A stretch of 64,000 nucleotides of DNA from Camelus dromedarius (lineage: Eukaryota). Location of the stretch: assembly GCF_036321535.1 (NCBI RefSeq), contig NC_087436.1:31002001-31066000 (forward strand), in the 5' to 3' direction. The position numbers and the translations under genes are program-made. The notes under the pieces were generated by a model that saw only the letters and a list, made by a program, of their open reading frames with translations, searched no databases and was not told the DNA's origin. Positions 53,001 through 64,000 of the stretch are shown here, one piece after another; the stretch's first letter is position 1; each line of letters starts with the position of its first letter.

Positions 53001-53239
53001 TTACTGGAATGGAAACTTCTCAACTAAATATACAGAAGGACACTGTACTGAAAAGATTGGGTATACTTTTTTTTTTGCTCATATAAACTCTGAAGACAAG
53101 TCCTTCCATATTAGTTCAAAATTCCAATTTCAAATATTTACCTTTACATGCAAACCCTTTATCTTCTAAGCAATGCAGAATTACTGGTTTCCCCTTACAC
53201 TTTCTTTTCACCTTTCTTCAACTAACCAAACAGTTCTTC

Positions 53240-53694
53240 TTTGGGGGAAATCCTTTCATCACCAATACAACATTAGGCAGATGAGATAGTCTTCGGTTAT
53301 CAAAGAGCCCCATCTCCCAGCCACACTGGTGGTTGGGAGGTGCAGACACGCTGAGGCATCAGAGGCCTACCCTGGACTTTTGCTTTTACAGTTGGGTAAG
53401 AGGCTCTCTTTTCACTAGGAGAGTCGATGTAAAGATAATGGAAGCCTAGAGCCAGTACTGGCTTGTCACAATAGGGGAAGATACTTCCTGAGAATGAAGC
53501 CAACTCTGAGGAAAGTGGGAGGAGTAGCCTCATAACACCATCTGAAATCCAGAGCCCAGTGGTGCCTAGGTAAGGTTTATTCCTTGGACAGCCTCCCCTG
53601 CAACCAATTACATGAGATGGTAAATTCTCCTTTTGGTTTCTCTAGCTTGAGTGTGTGTTTGTCATTTGCAACTGAAAGATTTGTGACTAACACA
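53240..53694 (+). mobile_element. ERVL-MaLR LTR (MLT1J/K-like)
   Basis: gaatgaagccaactctgagg; terminal gtcatttgcaactgaaagatttgtgactaacaca. Confidence 0.75.
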
Positions 53695-53784
53695 CAAACA
53701 CATACACACACTTGCATTTGACAAGTTGAACACACAGAATGGCACACCTTATCTTTGAAGTGTTGGAAGTGAACTATTAAAAAC

Positions 53785-54345
53785 AGGGAGAGACGAGGCC
53801 AAGATGGCAGAGTAGAAGGACGCTCGTAGCTCACCCTCTCCCACAGATACATCAAGACTCACAACCACGGACCCACTCAGCCAACCAGAGCACCTGCAGA
53901 ACTCCAACAGAACATTGTCCTCTTTAAACGACAAAGACGCCAAAAATCTGGTAGGAGAAAAGAAAAAAAAAGAAAGACGAAAAGGCGAAACAGTGCAGGA
54001 CCGGTCCCGCGGGGAGGGACCGGCAAAGGAGGACTGGCAATCGTTCGCTGGGTCTCCCCTCTCCATCGGAGAGGCCAGCGGGACGGAGGGGGAGCCTCCG
54101 AGGTTCGGATCTGCAGGGAGCAGCCCTTGACTGACAGAACTAAGTTAAATGGGCACAGAGGGTCCCTGAGACACCCAGCCCGAGACCCACACTGTGCTGG
54201 GAGGGGGCGCGATCTGCTTGCCAACAGGCACTGGGAGCAGCACAGACGACGGCGCCAACGGAGGCGCCTCTGGAAACAGCAAGCTGAGTTCCCGAAACAC
54301 GGCGAAGACAGAAAGACTTATTAAGAGCACACAGTCTCCAGGAGA
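53785..54345 (+). promoter_or_regulatory. L1 internal promoter (CpG-rich 5'UTR) with YY1 motif CAAGATGGC at 53800-53808
   Basis: The only long CpG-rich stretch in the window. The YY1 core near the element 5' end is a known L1 feature. Confidence 0.8.
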
Positions 54346-54361
54346 ACACCCCCTCCCCCCC

Positions 54362-55090
54362 TTTTTTTTAATCTGTTTTTACCTGTTGTATTTTCTATTA
54401 CCTTTTTAATTTTTACTTTTTAAACAATTATATATCTCCCAGTTTTAAGCCCTTTTAAATTTTAATATTATTATTTTTAAAAATCATGTCATTTTTATCT
54501 CTCTTGGTTTTGATCTCCTGTTATTGACTACACACAGGTTTCAAATACATTTTTTCCCTCCTTTCTCCTTTTTCAAAGGTTTTTAAGAGACGTCTCAACC
54601 CGATTGCTATTCTGCTTCAACTTGCTCTTCAATTATTCATTATACACTGTTTTCAAACCCTTTTTTCCTCCCCTTTTTCAAAATTCTCTTTATCATATCT
54701 TTTTTATCTGTTCTATTTTTTATTACCTTTTTAATTTCTATTTTCCAAACAATTGTATATGCTTCTAGTTTTAATTCCTTCTTAAATTTTTCTTTCTAAA
54801 CAACTGTATATGCTTCTAGTTTTAATTCCTTTTAACTTTTTCTTTTAAAATAGTTATATTATTATTTTTTTAAAAATCCACCTGATTTCATTTTCATTTC
54901 TTTTGGATTTGATATTCTGTTATTGATTATAAAAAGGTTTCAAGTATCATTTTTTGATTTTTTTCCTTTTTTTAAGGGTTTTTAAAAAGATCTCAACTCG
55001 AATGCTAGTCTGATTCAAATTGTGCTTCTATAATTGATTATACACTGTTTTCAAACCTTTTTTTCTCCCTTCTTTTAAAATTCTCTTTCT
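54362..55090 (+). repeat. T-rich tandem duplication inside the L1 5'UTR (two units, about 54362-54690 and 54698-55090), with a nested ~51-bp duplication in unit 2
   Basis: Both units contain tattacctttttaattt, ctgttattga, aggtttcaa, tctcaac.cga.tgcta.tctg and attatacactgttttcaaacc...aaaattctcttt. aaacaa(t/c)tgtatatgcttctagttttaattcctt occurs at about 54747 and 54798. Confidence 0.9.
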
Positions 55091-55217
55091 CTCTCCCTCC
55101 TTTTTTTTTATTTTTTAAGTTTTATTCCTACATAGGCATTAGATAGATAAATAAATAAACTCCTTTAAGGACCACAATAGATAACTGATACTCCTTAAGC
55201 CACAGTGCCAGAGAGAT

Positions 55218-56117
55218 ATGAACAAGATGAAGAAGCAGAGAAACCATTCCCAATTAAAAGAAGAAGAGAAATCCCCTGAAAGAATGATCAATGAAATAGA
55301 CATCAATAGCCTACTAGATCAAGATTTCAAAAAAGGAGTTATCAAAGTACTGAATAAACTAAAAGAGATAGTGTTTAGAGATATAAAATATGTCAAAAAT
55401 GAAATAGAAGCTATAAAGAAGAGCCAAGTAGAATTGATAAACTCACTGGCTGAGATGAGAATGGACCTAAAGGCTGTGCAAAGCAGACTAGATAATGCAG
55501 AGGAACGAATTAGTGACCTAGAAGACAGGACAACAGAAAGCACCCAATCAGAACAACTGCAAGATAAACAAATAAAAACAAATGAAAGCAACATAAGGGA
55601 CCTATGGGATAATATAAAGTGTGCCAATCTTCGCATAATAGGGGTCCCAGAACGGGAAGAATGATCAAAGGGCATTGAAAAGGTTTTTGAAGAATTCATG
55701 ACTGAAAACTTCCCAAACTTAAAGAAAAAATCAGATATCCAAGTACAGGAAGAAAGGGTCCCAAACAGGAAGAACGCAAACAGATACACACCAAGACATA
55801 TCATAATCAAGATGGCCAGAGTCAAGGATAAAGAAATGATCCTAAAGGCAGCAAGAGAAAAGCAAAGAGTGAGTTACAAGGGAACCCCCATAAGGCTCTC
55901 AGCTGATTTCTCTGCACAAACACTACAGGCCAGAAGGGAGTGGCAAGATATATTCAAAGCCCTGAATGAAAAAAAGATGCAGCCTAGGATACTTTATCCA
56001 GCAAGGCTATCCTTTAGGATAGAAGGAGACATAAAGAATTTCACAGACAAGAAAAAGCTACAAGAGTTTAGCAACACTAAACCCATGCTAAAAGAAATAT
56101 TGAAAGGTCTACTCTAA
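55218..56117 (+). pseudogene. ORF1: L1 ORF1p (coiled coil, RRM, CTD), one in-frame stop at 55662-55664
   Basis: ORFs 55218-55664 and 55698-56117 are in the same frame. Motifs NLRIIGVPE, ENFPNL, TPRHIIIKM, PIRLSADFS, YPARLSF. Confidence 0.95.
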
Positions 56118-56495
56118 ATAGAAAAAGCAGCAGGATGCTATAGAAATGAGAAACTCATAGCTGGAAAGGTGATAACTCATGAATTACAAATAAAATAAAC
56201 ATGAAATTGTAAAAGAAGACATCTAAATCATTAAGAGTGGGAGAGGGAAGCAAGAAAATATAGAGTATTTTTTTTCTTTGTTTTTAAAATTTTTTGTTTT
56301 CAGTAGGATGGGTTCGAGATATAGTAATGGGCTAACAGACTTACAGAAAAGGGTAACCACATGCCAAAAACTTACAAGGGAGTCACAAAAACCAAATAAA
56401 ATCCATGATAATACAAAGGAAAATTACCAAACCACAAAAGGAAGAAGAAAGGAACAAAGAGGAAATACCAAATCAACGGCAAAGATAAGTTCAAA

Positions 56496-59400
56496 ATGGC
56501 AATAAACACACATCTATCATTAATTACTGTAAATGTTAATGTACTAAATGCTCCAGTCAAAAGACACAGAGTGGCAGACTGGATAATAAAGCAAGAACCT
56601 TCAATATGCTGCATACAAGAGACCCACTTTAGGGAGAAGGACACATATAGATTGAGAGTAAAAGGATGGAAAAGGATATTCCATGCAAATGGAAAAGCCA
56701 AAATAGCAGGTGTTGCAGTACTGATTTCAGACAAAATAGACTTTAAAACAAAGGCCATAAAGAAAGATAAAGAAGGACATTTTATAATGATTAAAGGAGT
56801 GATACAAGATGAGGATATTACACTCGTTAATATATATGCACCCAATATAGGAGCACCTAAGTACATAAAACAATTACTAACAGAGATAAAGGGGGATATT
56901 GATGGGAATACAATCACAGTTGGAGATTTTAACACCGCATTAATATCACTAGACAGATCTTCCAGACAGAAAATAAATAAGGCAACAGAGAAATTAAATA
57001 ATACAATAGAAAAATTAGATTTGGTGGATATTTTCAGAGCATTACACCCCCCAAAATAGGATATACATTCTTTTCAAATGCACATGGAACATTTTCAAGG
57101 ATTGGTCATGTACTTGGGCACCAAAGAAACCTCAACAATTTTAAGAAGATAGAAATTATCTCAAGCATCTTTACTGACCACAATGCCATGAAACTAGAAA
57201 TCAACAACAGAAAAACAAAGGAGAAAAAAAGGAAAGCATGGAGATTAAACAATATGTTATTTAAAAACAATGGGTCAATGAGGAAATCAAAGCTGAAATT
57301 AAAAAATATCTTGAGACAAATGACAATGAAAGCACAACCACACAAATTTATGGGACACAGCAAAGGTAGTGCTAAGACGGAAGTTTACAGCGATACAAGC
57401 CGTCCTCAAAAAAGAAGAACAATCTCAAATAAATAATTTAACCCACCAACTGAATGAACTAGAAAAAGAAGAGCAAAAATCTCCAAAAGGCATCAGAAGG
57501 AGGGAAATTATAAAGATTAGGGAGGAAATAAATAAAATAGAGGTTAACAAGGTCATAGAAAAAAATCAACCAAACCAAAAGCTGGCTTTTTGAAAAAGTA
57601 AATAAAATCGAGAAACCTCTGGCAAAACTCACAAAGAAGAAAAAAGAGAGAGCATAAATTAGCAAAATAAGAAAGGAAAATGGACAAATTACAACAAATA
57701 CAATAGAAATACAGACTATCATATGAGAATATTGTGAAAACCTATATGGAACCAAACTGGATAACCTAGAGGAGATGGACAAGTTTCTGGAAACATACTG
57801 TCCACCAAGACTGAATCAAGAGGAAACTGACCACTTGAACAAACCAATCACTAGAAACGAAATCGAAATAGGAATAAAAAAACCTCCCTACAAACAAAAG
57901 TCCAGGACCGGGCAGCTTCACCAGGGAATTCTACCAAACATACAAAAAAGAACTCATACCAGTCCTTCTCAAACTCTTCCAGAAGATTGAAAAGGAGGGA
58001 ATACTCCCAAACTCATTCTATGAAGCCACCATCACCCTGATACCAAAACCAGGCAAAGATACTACCAAAAAAGAGAATTATAGACCAATATCACTGATGA
58101 ACATATCCGCCAAAATCCTCACCAAAATATTAGCAAATAGAATCCAACAACACATAAAAAAGATTATACATCATGACCAAGTGGAGTTCATCCCAGGGAC
58201 AAAAGGGTGGTTCAACATATGCAAATCAATCAATGTAGTACATCACATCAACAAGAGAAAGGACAAAAACCACATGATCATCTCAATCGATGCAGAAAAA
58301 GCATTTGATAAAATTCAACACCCATTTATGATAAAAACTCTCACCAAAGTGGGTATAGAGGGAACATATGTCAACATCATAAAAGCTATATATGACAAAC
58401 CTACAGCCAGCATAGTACTCAACGGTGAAAAACTCAACAGCTTCCCACTAAAATCTGGGACAAGACAAGGATGCCCACTATCACCAATTCTATTCAACAT
58501 AGTCTTGGAAGTCCTAGCCACAGCAATCAGACAAGAGAGAGAAATAAAAGGGATCCAAACTGGAAAAGAAGAGGTAAAAGTGTCACTATAAGCTGACAAC
58601 ATGTTACTATATATAGGAAACCCTAAAAGGTCCTAAAAACCCTAAAAACACAAAAACTTCTAGAGCTGATCGAAGAATTCAGGAAGGTAGCAGGTTACAA
58701 GATTAACGTTCAAAAATCAGTTGCATTTCTTTACACTAACAATGGATCAACAGAAAAAGAAAGTAAAGAAACAATCCCCTTTAAAATAGCACCCTAAGTA
58801 ATAAAATACCTAGGAATAAACCTAATCAAGGAGGTGAAAGAATTATACACAGAAACTATAAACCACTGATGAAGGAAATTAAAGAAGACTTTAAAAAATG
58901 GAAAGATAGCCCATGCTCTTGGATTGGAAGAATCAATATTGTTAAAATGGTCACACTGCCCAAGGCAATCTACAGATTTCATGCAATCCCTATCCAATTA
59001 CCCAGGACATATTTCACAGAACTAGAACAAATCTAATAAAATTTATATGGAACCATCAAAGATCTAGAATTGCCAAAGCATTACTGAAGAGAAAGAAAGA
59101 GGCTGGAGGAATAACTCTCCCAGACTTCAGACAATACTATAGAGCTACAGTCATCAAGACAGCATGGTACTGGTACAAAAACAGACATATAGACCAATGG
59201 AACAGAATAGAGAGCCCAGAAATGAACCCACAAACTTTTGGTCAACTAATCTTCGACAAAGGAGGCAAGAATACACAATAGAATAAAGACAGTCTCTTCA
59301 GCAAATGGTATTGGGAAAAATGGACAGCAGCATGTAAAACAATGAAGCTAGAACACTCCCTTACACCATACACAAAATCAACTCAAAATGGATCAAAGAC

Positions 59401-60183
59401 TTAAACATAAGACAAGATACAATAAACTTCCTAGAGGAAAATATAGGCAAAACATTATCTCACATATATCTCAAAAATTTTCTCCTAGAAGAAATAAAAG
59501 CAAGAATAAACAAATGGGAGCTAATGAAACTTACAAGCTTCTGTACAGCAAAGGAAACCAAAAGTAAAACAAAAAGACAACCTACGGAATGGGAAAAAAA
59601 TTTTTGCAAGTGAAACCGACAAAGGCTTGATCTCCAGAATATATAAGCAGCTCATACGACTCAATAAGAAAAAAATAAACCCAATCCAAAAATGCGCAGA
59701 AGACCTAAACAAGCAATTCTCCAAGGAAGACATACAAATGATCAACAGACACATGAAAAAATGCTAAGTATCACTAATTATCAGAGAAACGCAAATCAAA
59801 ACTACAATGAGGTATCACCTCACACCAGTCAGAATGGCCATCATTCAAAAATCCACAAATGACAAATGCTGGAGAGGCTGTGGAGATAGGGGAACCCTCC
59901 TACACTGCTGGTGGGAATGTAGTTTGGTGCAGCCACTGTGGAAAACAGTAAGGAGATTCCTCAAAAGACTAAGAATAGACTTACCGTATGACCCAGGAAT
60001 CCTTCTCCTGGGCCTATATCCAGAAGGAACCCTACTTCAGGATGACACCTGCACCCCAATGTTCATAGCAGCACTATTTACAATAGCCAAGACATGGTAA
60101 CAGCCTAAATGTCCATCAACAGATGACTGGATAAAGAAGAAGTGGTATATTTATACAATGGAATACTACTCAGCCATAAAAAC
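56496..60183 (+). pseudogene. ORF2: L1 ORF2p (APE endonuclease, reverse transcriptase, CCHC domain), multiply disrupted and lacking the last codons
   Basis: EN motifs ICCIQETH, NIYAPN, VGDFN; RT motifs [31 protein letters not shown] reads taa-gct-gac-aac (*ADN) at 58589-58600; CWRGC...HCWWEC near 59870. Confidence 0.96.
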
Positions 60184-60654
60184 CAAATTATATTACAAAT
60201 TATATTTTGTATGTCACCTTACTATCAGAACACTAACCTCCGACTTCTGTTTTTAGACTACATACTGGCAGTTAGGTACTGGATTCAGGCTGACTGTAGG
60301 AAACGGCAGGAGTGGGAGAGGGGCTTCCTCTCAGCCTTACCTGTAAGTCAACATGTGGTAAAAGTATCCTTTGGAAAAACGCATGTCTTCTCATAAAATA
60401 AAGAATATAGAATAAAAATAAAGAATTCTCTTATAAAGTAAAGAATAGTTTGAGTGTTGCTTTCAGAAAATAAAAAAACAAAACAAAACAAAAAACCTTA
60501 ATCCTCACCAAGTAGAGGGGGAAAAAAGAGCTTAGATTCTAAGACCAACTGTAATCTGTTAGTTATATGGAAAAAGTTAGAAAGAAGAGAGAACTCTAGT
60601 TCAAAAATTAAAACCAAAACTATTCATTGGTGGTGTACTATTCTTAGGATTCCA

Positions 60655-61190
60655 CTCATATCTACCAACCCATAAGGTACCCGTTTAAAACACTTCCAAA
60701 TTCCAGTATCTGCATGTCTTTGCTGAAGGCTTTCTCTCTCCAATGGAAACTGTTTTGCCTGTGTGCATGAAAGGCAGCAGGAGTTCTGGAGAACTAATGT
60801 CCCCAAATCCAGCAGTTCTCAACCAGTGACTGACAGGAGTTGGTGTTTAAACATAGCTTCCTTACACTTCAGGTGTAAATAAACCTAAGATGCACATGCT
60901 ATCCACCATTTTCTATAGTTCCTCAGAATGAATTCACTTCCAATTGCCCACAGTGGTACTTTAAATATAAATGCACCCTTTACTGCCTCCTATCTAAATT
61001 TGCCACATCTCTACTTTTGTTTTGTAGAATGCCAGCTAGCCAATCCCAAATCCCTGTTGCCCGTTTGCTTCTTTGGGATCCCAAACCGAGACAGCTACTA
61101 AAGTTAATCATTCTCTTAGACCCCATCCCACTTATGACAGGTTACAGATGCCATGAAGAGGTGGGATCTAAGAACCTTCTGAATCTGGGC
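60655..61190 (+). mobile_element. ERVL LTR16A-like LTR (to about 61093) followed by a short piece resembling its internal sequence
   Basis: cagttctcaaccagtgactgacaggagttggtgt; ttgcccacagtggta; terminal ttgcttctttgggatcccaaaccgagaca. Confidence 0.75.
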
Positions 61191-61219
61191 CATATTCATC
61201 ATCATCATCTTCATCATTA

Positions 61220-62760
61220 TTGTTTTATCTAGACAAACAATATTTGATTAATTAATCCACTATTTTCTATTTCTTTATTCACCATTTCTGTTTACATCTT
61301 ATTCTCTCCTTCTGGACTTGGTTTCATTCTTTTCATAGTATAACATTTAGTATACATTTTAGTAAGAGTTTATTTGCACTCATAACTCATGGTGTTTTTT
61401 CCCGAGAATGTTCTTAACTACCATTTCCTTAATAGGTTTATATGGATACAAAATTTTAGCTAATGACTAGATACAAAATTTTAAGTTGCTAATTATATTC
61501 TCTTAGTATTTTAATCTTTTTCAATTCATTGGTTTCTATTGGTGTTAGCACTAAGTTAATCTTTGTAAGTAATATTTTATCTGATTGCTTTTTTTAACTT
61601 TGATTACATACTTTTTCTTGACTATTCAGTATTTCACTAAAGTCTGTCTATATGTGGATTTATTTTTATTCATCCTGGTTGGGATTCACCATGATTGATG
61701 AACATGAGAAATCAAGATTCTCTTCAACTCCAGAAAATTTGCAAGAGTTATGTCTTTTGTATTCTCTCTTTTCTACCCTCTGTATTCACTCTTTCTTGTT
61801 AATTAGAAATATGTTGGTCTACTTATTCATTCTTCCAGGTTTCCTGAGTTTGCTTTCATTTTATTTTATTCCTTTAACCCTCTGTGATTCATTCTGAATA
61901 ATTTATTCACTTCATTTCCAGCTTGCACCTTTTTCAACAGCTTTATCTAATCTGCCATTTAACTCTGCTATGGCTTTTTTCTTGGGATTATAGATTTCAT
62001 TTCTATATGTTCTTTTGGTTTATTTTAAATTTTGCTCTGATTATTTTTATAGCATCTTGTTTTTTGCTTGTGTTTTCAACTCCATATTTCATTTTTTAAG
62101 ATGTTTCACCAGACTTATTTTTTATATCTTATAATTTCATTAACTGATAATTCTATGTTTAATTTAGTTGTTTGTTGTCTATGCTGATTCTTATTTATTA
62201 TGGCTTATTTCATGTTATTTGGGGTTGTGACTTCCTCTTCACAACAGCTTTTGCTCTGAGAACCCGGCACAACCTGGATTGTGAGTGCTTTGTTCCAGAA
62301 AGCATTCACATTTGTTTCTTTCAGTGCTAGCACACTAATAACAGAATTAATTTGTTGGCTTTAGGTGTCCTTGGCCTCTCCCATAATATAAATTAAAAGC
62401 TAAAACTTTATGAAGAAAAGGATTTGATTACAAACCCTCAGAATCTTTAATTGCTTTCTACTAAGAAGTTAGGTGGGAAGTTCAAGGGTTCTGACTTTAT
62501 GCAGTCTCAGCTAATTCCCTTTGTAACCAAAGCCTTGTGCCTTCTCCCTGTGGAAGTGTGAAAAACCATGCATTCTGATGACCTGCTCAACAAACACTCC
62601 CATAAAAACCACAGCTGCAGCTCCTACTTTTCATACATATCATCAGCTTTATTTTTATAGCTTCTTGGGATTTTTCTTATTCCCTTGTTAATTAAAGCAT
62701 ATATTTTAGAGTATCTTACTGTGTTTTATCCAATATTTCTAAATGTTTGGAAGCTGAAAG
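61220..62760 (-). mobile_element. Old HAL1/L1ME ORF1-region fragment
   Basis: T-rich antisense ORF1-like text (ggatacaaaattttag; tcttcaactccagaaaattt; cagctttatctaatctgccatttaac) and ttttatccaatatttctaaatgtttg near the end. Confidence 0.7.
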
Positions 62761-62774
62761 ATTTTCATATTATA

Positions 62775-62860
62775 TATTAGGTTGAGCTATATATAACATT
62801 TCCATTTTTGTCAGTCCAAAAGAGTTCAACACCACTGGCTTCATATGGTTCAGTCTAATA
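62775..62860 (-). mobile_element. MADE2-like mariner MITE with TA flanks
   Basis: ta-ttaggttgagctatat ... catatggttcagtctaa-ta; imperfect inverted termini. Confidence 0.75.
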
Positions 62861-64000
62861 TTGCCTATGTTAGTGGAAATGAATATCCCTCCAGTCTTTC
62901 ATCCTGTTAAATAAATGATATTCGCTGGGAATAGCAGCTAGCTTTTTGGTGATTCTGTCAATTGGTTACTAGATATTTGGATAGAATTTGTGGACTATTT
63001 CCAAACTAAGACTATTTTCAGTGCCCCATTAGATTTTAAGGTAAAAAATATCACAATCGAATTCTCAAGTTTTAGTGATTCAAGTTAGATTATGGCAATA
63101 AGTGCCCAGATGATTCTTTGGGTGCATTTAGGTATTTTTACAGTATTTATCAATATGATAAATACACATTTAAATATAAATCATTAATTTCTTTCATCCA
63201 CATGTAGAGAAAACCATGCTCTGGACGAACTAAACTCTTGGTAAACTAGCTATTTGCATCATAGTTTTCTTCTTAAGAAAGCTTTGTATTTACTCTTAAT
63301 TTTTAAAATAAACATATATTGGCCAAAAAGTGATAGGTTCTCGCTACCTTAGATGTACCAAATTTACTAAATTTATCATTGAAATAAATCACTGAGCAAG
63401 ACAATCAAAATCTCAAGAATAGCGTTTAAAGGCATTTTCAATGTCATAAGTAAGTCTTTTTTGTTGTTTGTTTCCTAATCTCATTTCAAAATCATTACAC
63501 CTTTCACAGTCTGGGTTCAGCAGGACAGAAAAGCAAAGTCACGACTTGTTAACAGTTTTTTCAGAGAGCACACTAAAAACATACAGACAACATCATCATA
63601 ATTTGATCTTATTTACAGTTTTCTCTGTTTTATTCAGCTGCAGATTAAGATTAGCAGGGATTTCTTTAGAGTTATAAATTATCTGGAGAATAAGATGATG
63701 CATAAACTGGCACTGCAGTATAGCTGCCTCCATTCAGCTCATAAAATAGTCCTTAAAATTAAATACCTCTTCTCCTGTAACATGTTTGTTTCAATAATAA
63801 GCAAAACAAAATATATGAAAACACCTCTCTCATATACAGAGACTAAATGCACTTTATATATCAATGTTCTTTTCACAGGTAAACAACATGATAATGGCAC
63901 GTATACTGGGTGGTGAGAGTTCATCCACAGTGCATACTTGTGATACTGTGCAAAGACATACCATATAAGTTGAAAAGTGCATTTTCTCTACAGTCTGTTC

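Larger units (their letters stand above)
53785..60183 (+). mobile_element. LINE-1, 5'-complete and 3'-truncated (camelid L1-like), inactive
   Basis: gggag...ccaagatggc start, CpG-rich 5'UTR, ORF1, spacer, and ORF2 with EN, RT and CCHC regions. Homology stops at cagccataaaaac with no 3'UTR or poly(A). Confidence 0.97.

Noticed and set aside
55319..59754. Long minus-strand ORFs (168, 187, 107, 95 aa and others)
   Set aside because: Antisense shadows of A-rich L1 ORF1/ORF2, not independent genes.
60236..60345. Possible LTR33-like fragment
   Set aside because: Too short and diverged to call without a profile search.
1..64000. Prokaryotic-type systems (CRISPR, operons, defence islands) and tRNA/rRNA genes
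   Set aside because: The sequence is clearly mammalian repeat-rich DNA and no such structures were seen.

Overview
AT-rich, CpG-depleted mammalian genomic DNA, intergenic or deep intronic, with no recognisable intact protein-coding exon or RNA gene. The young LINE-1 copies resemble camelid (alpaca/camel) L1 families, and I saw no Alu, B1/B2, Bov-tA, PRE-1 or CAN-SINE, so a camelid cetartiodactyl is the best guess (inference). Most of the window is old interspersed repeats: L2, MIR, L1M/HAL1, MaLR/ERVL LTRs, and hAT and mariner MITEs. Two features stand out. (1) A decayed, intronless retrocopy of alpha-T-catenin (CTNNA3) on the minus strand (about 44.5-46.9 kb), which the ORF track mostly misses. 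It covers only the C-terminal coding half plus 3'UTR and is led by a sense-oriented MER21-like LTR segment. That segment appears to lie inside the target-site duplications, so the copy may be a fossil cDNA of an LTR-promoted, N-terminally truncated CTNNA3 isoform. (2) A 6.4-kb LINE-1 (53.8-60.2 kb) with a complete 5'UTR, ORF1 and a disrupted ORF2, but no 3'UTR or poly(A). Repeat family names and the CTNNA3 exon structure come from recalled consensus sequences, not from a database search, and old-repeat boundaries are approximate.
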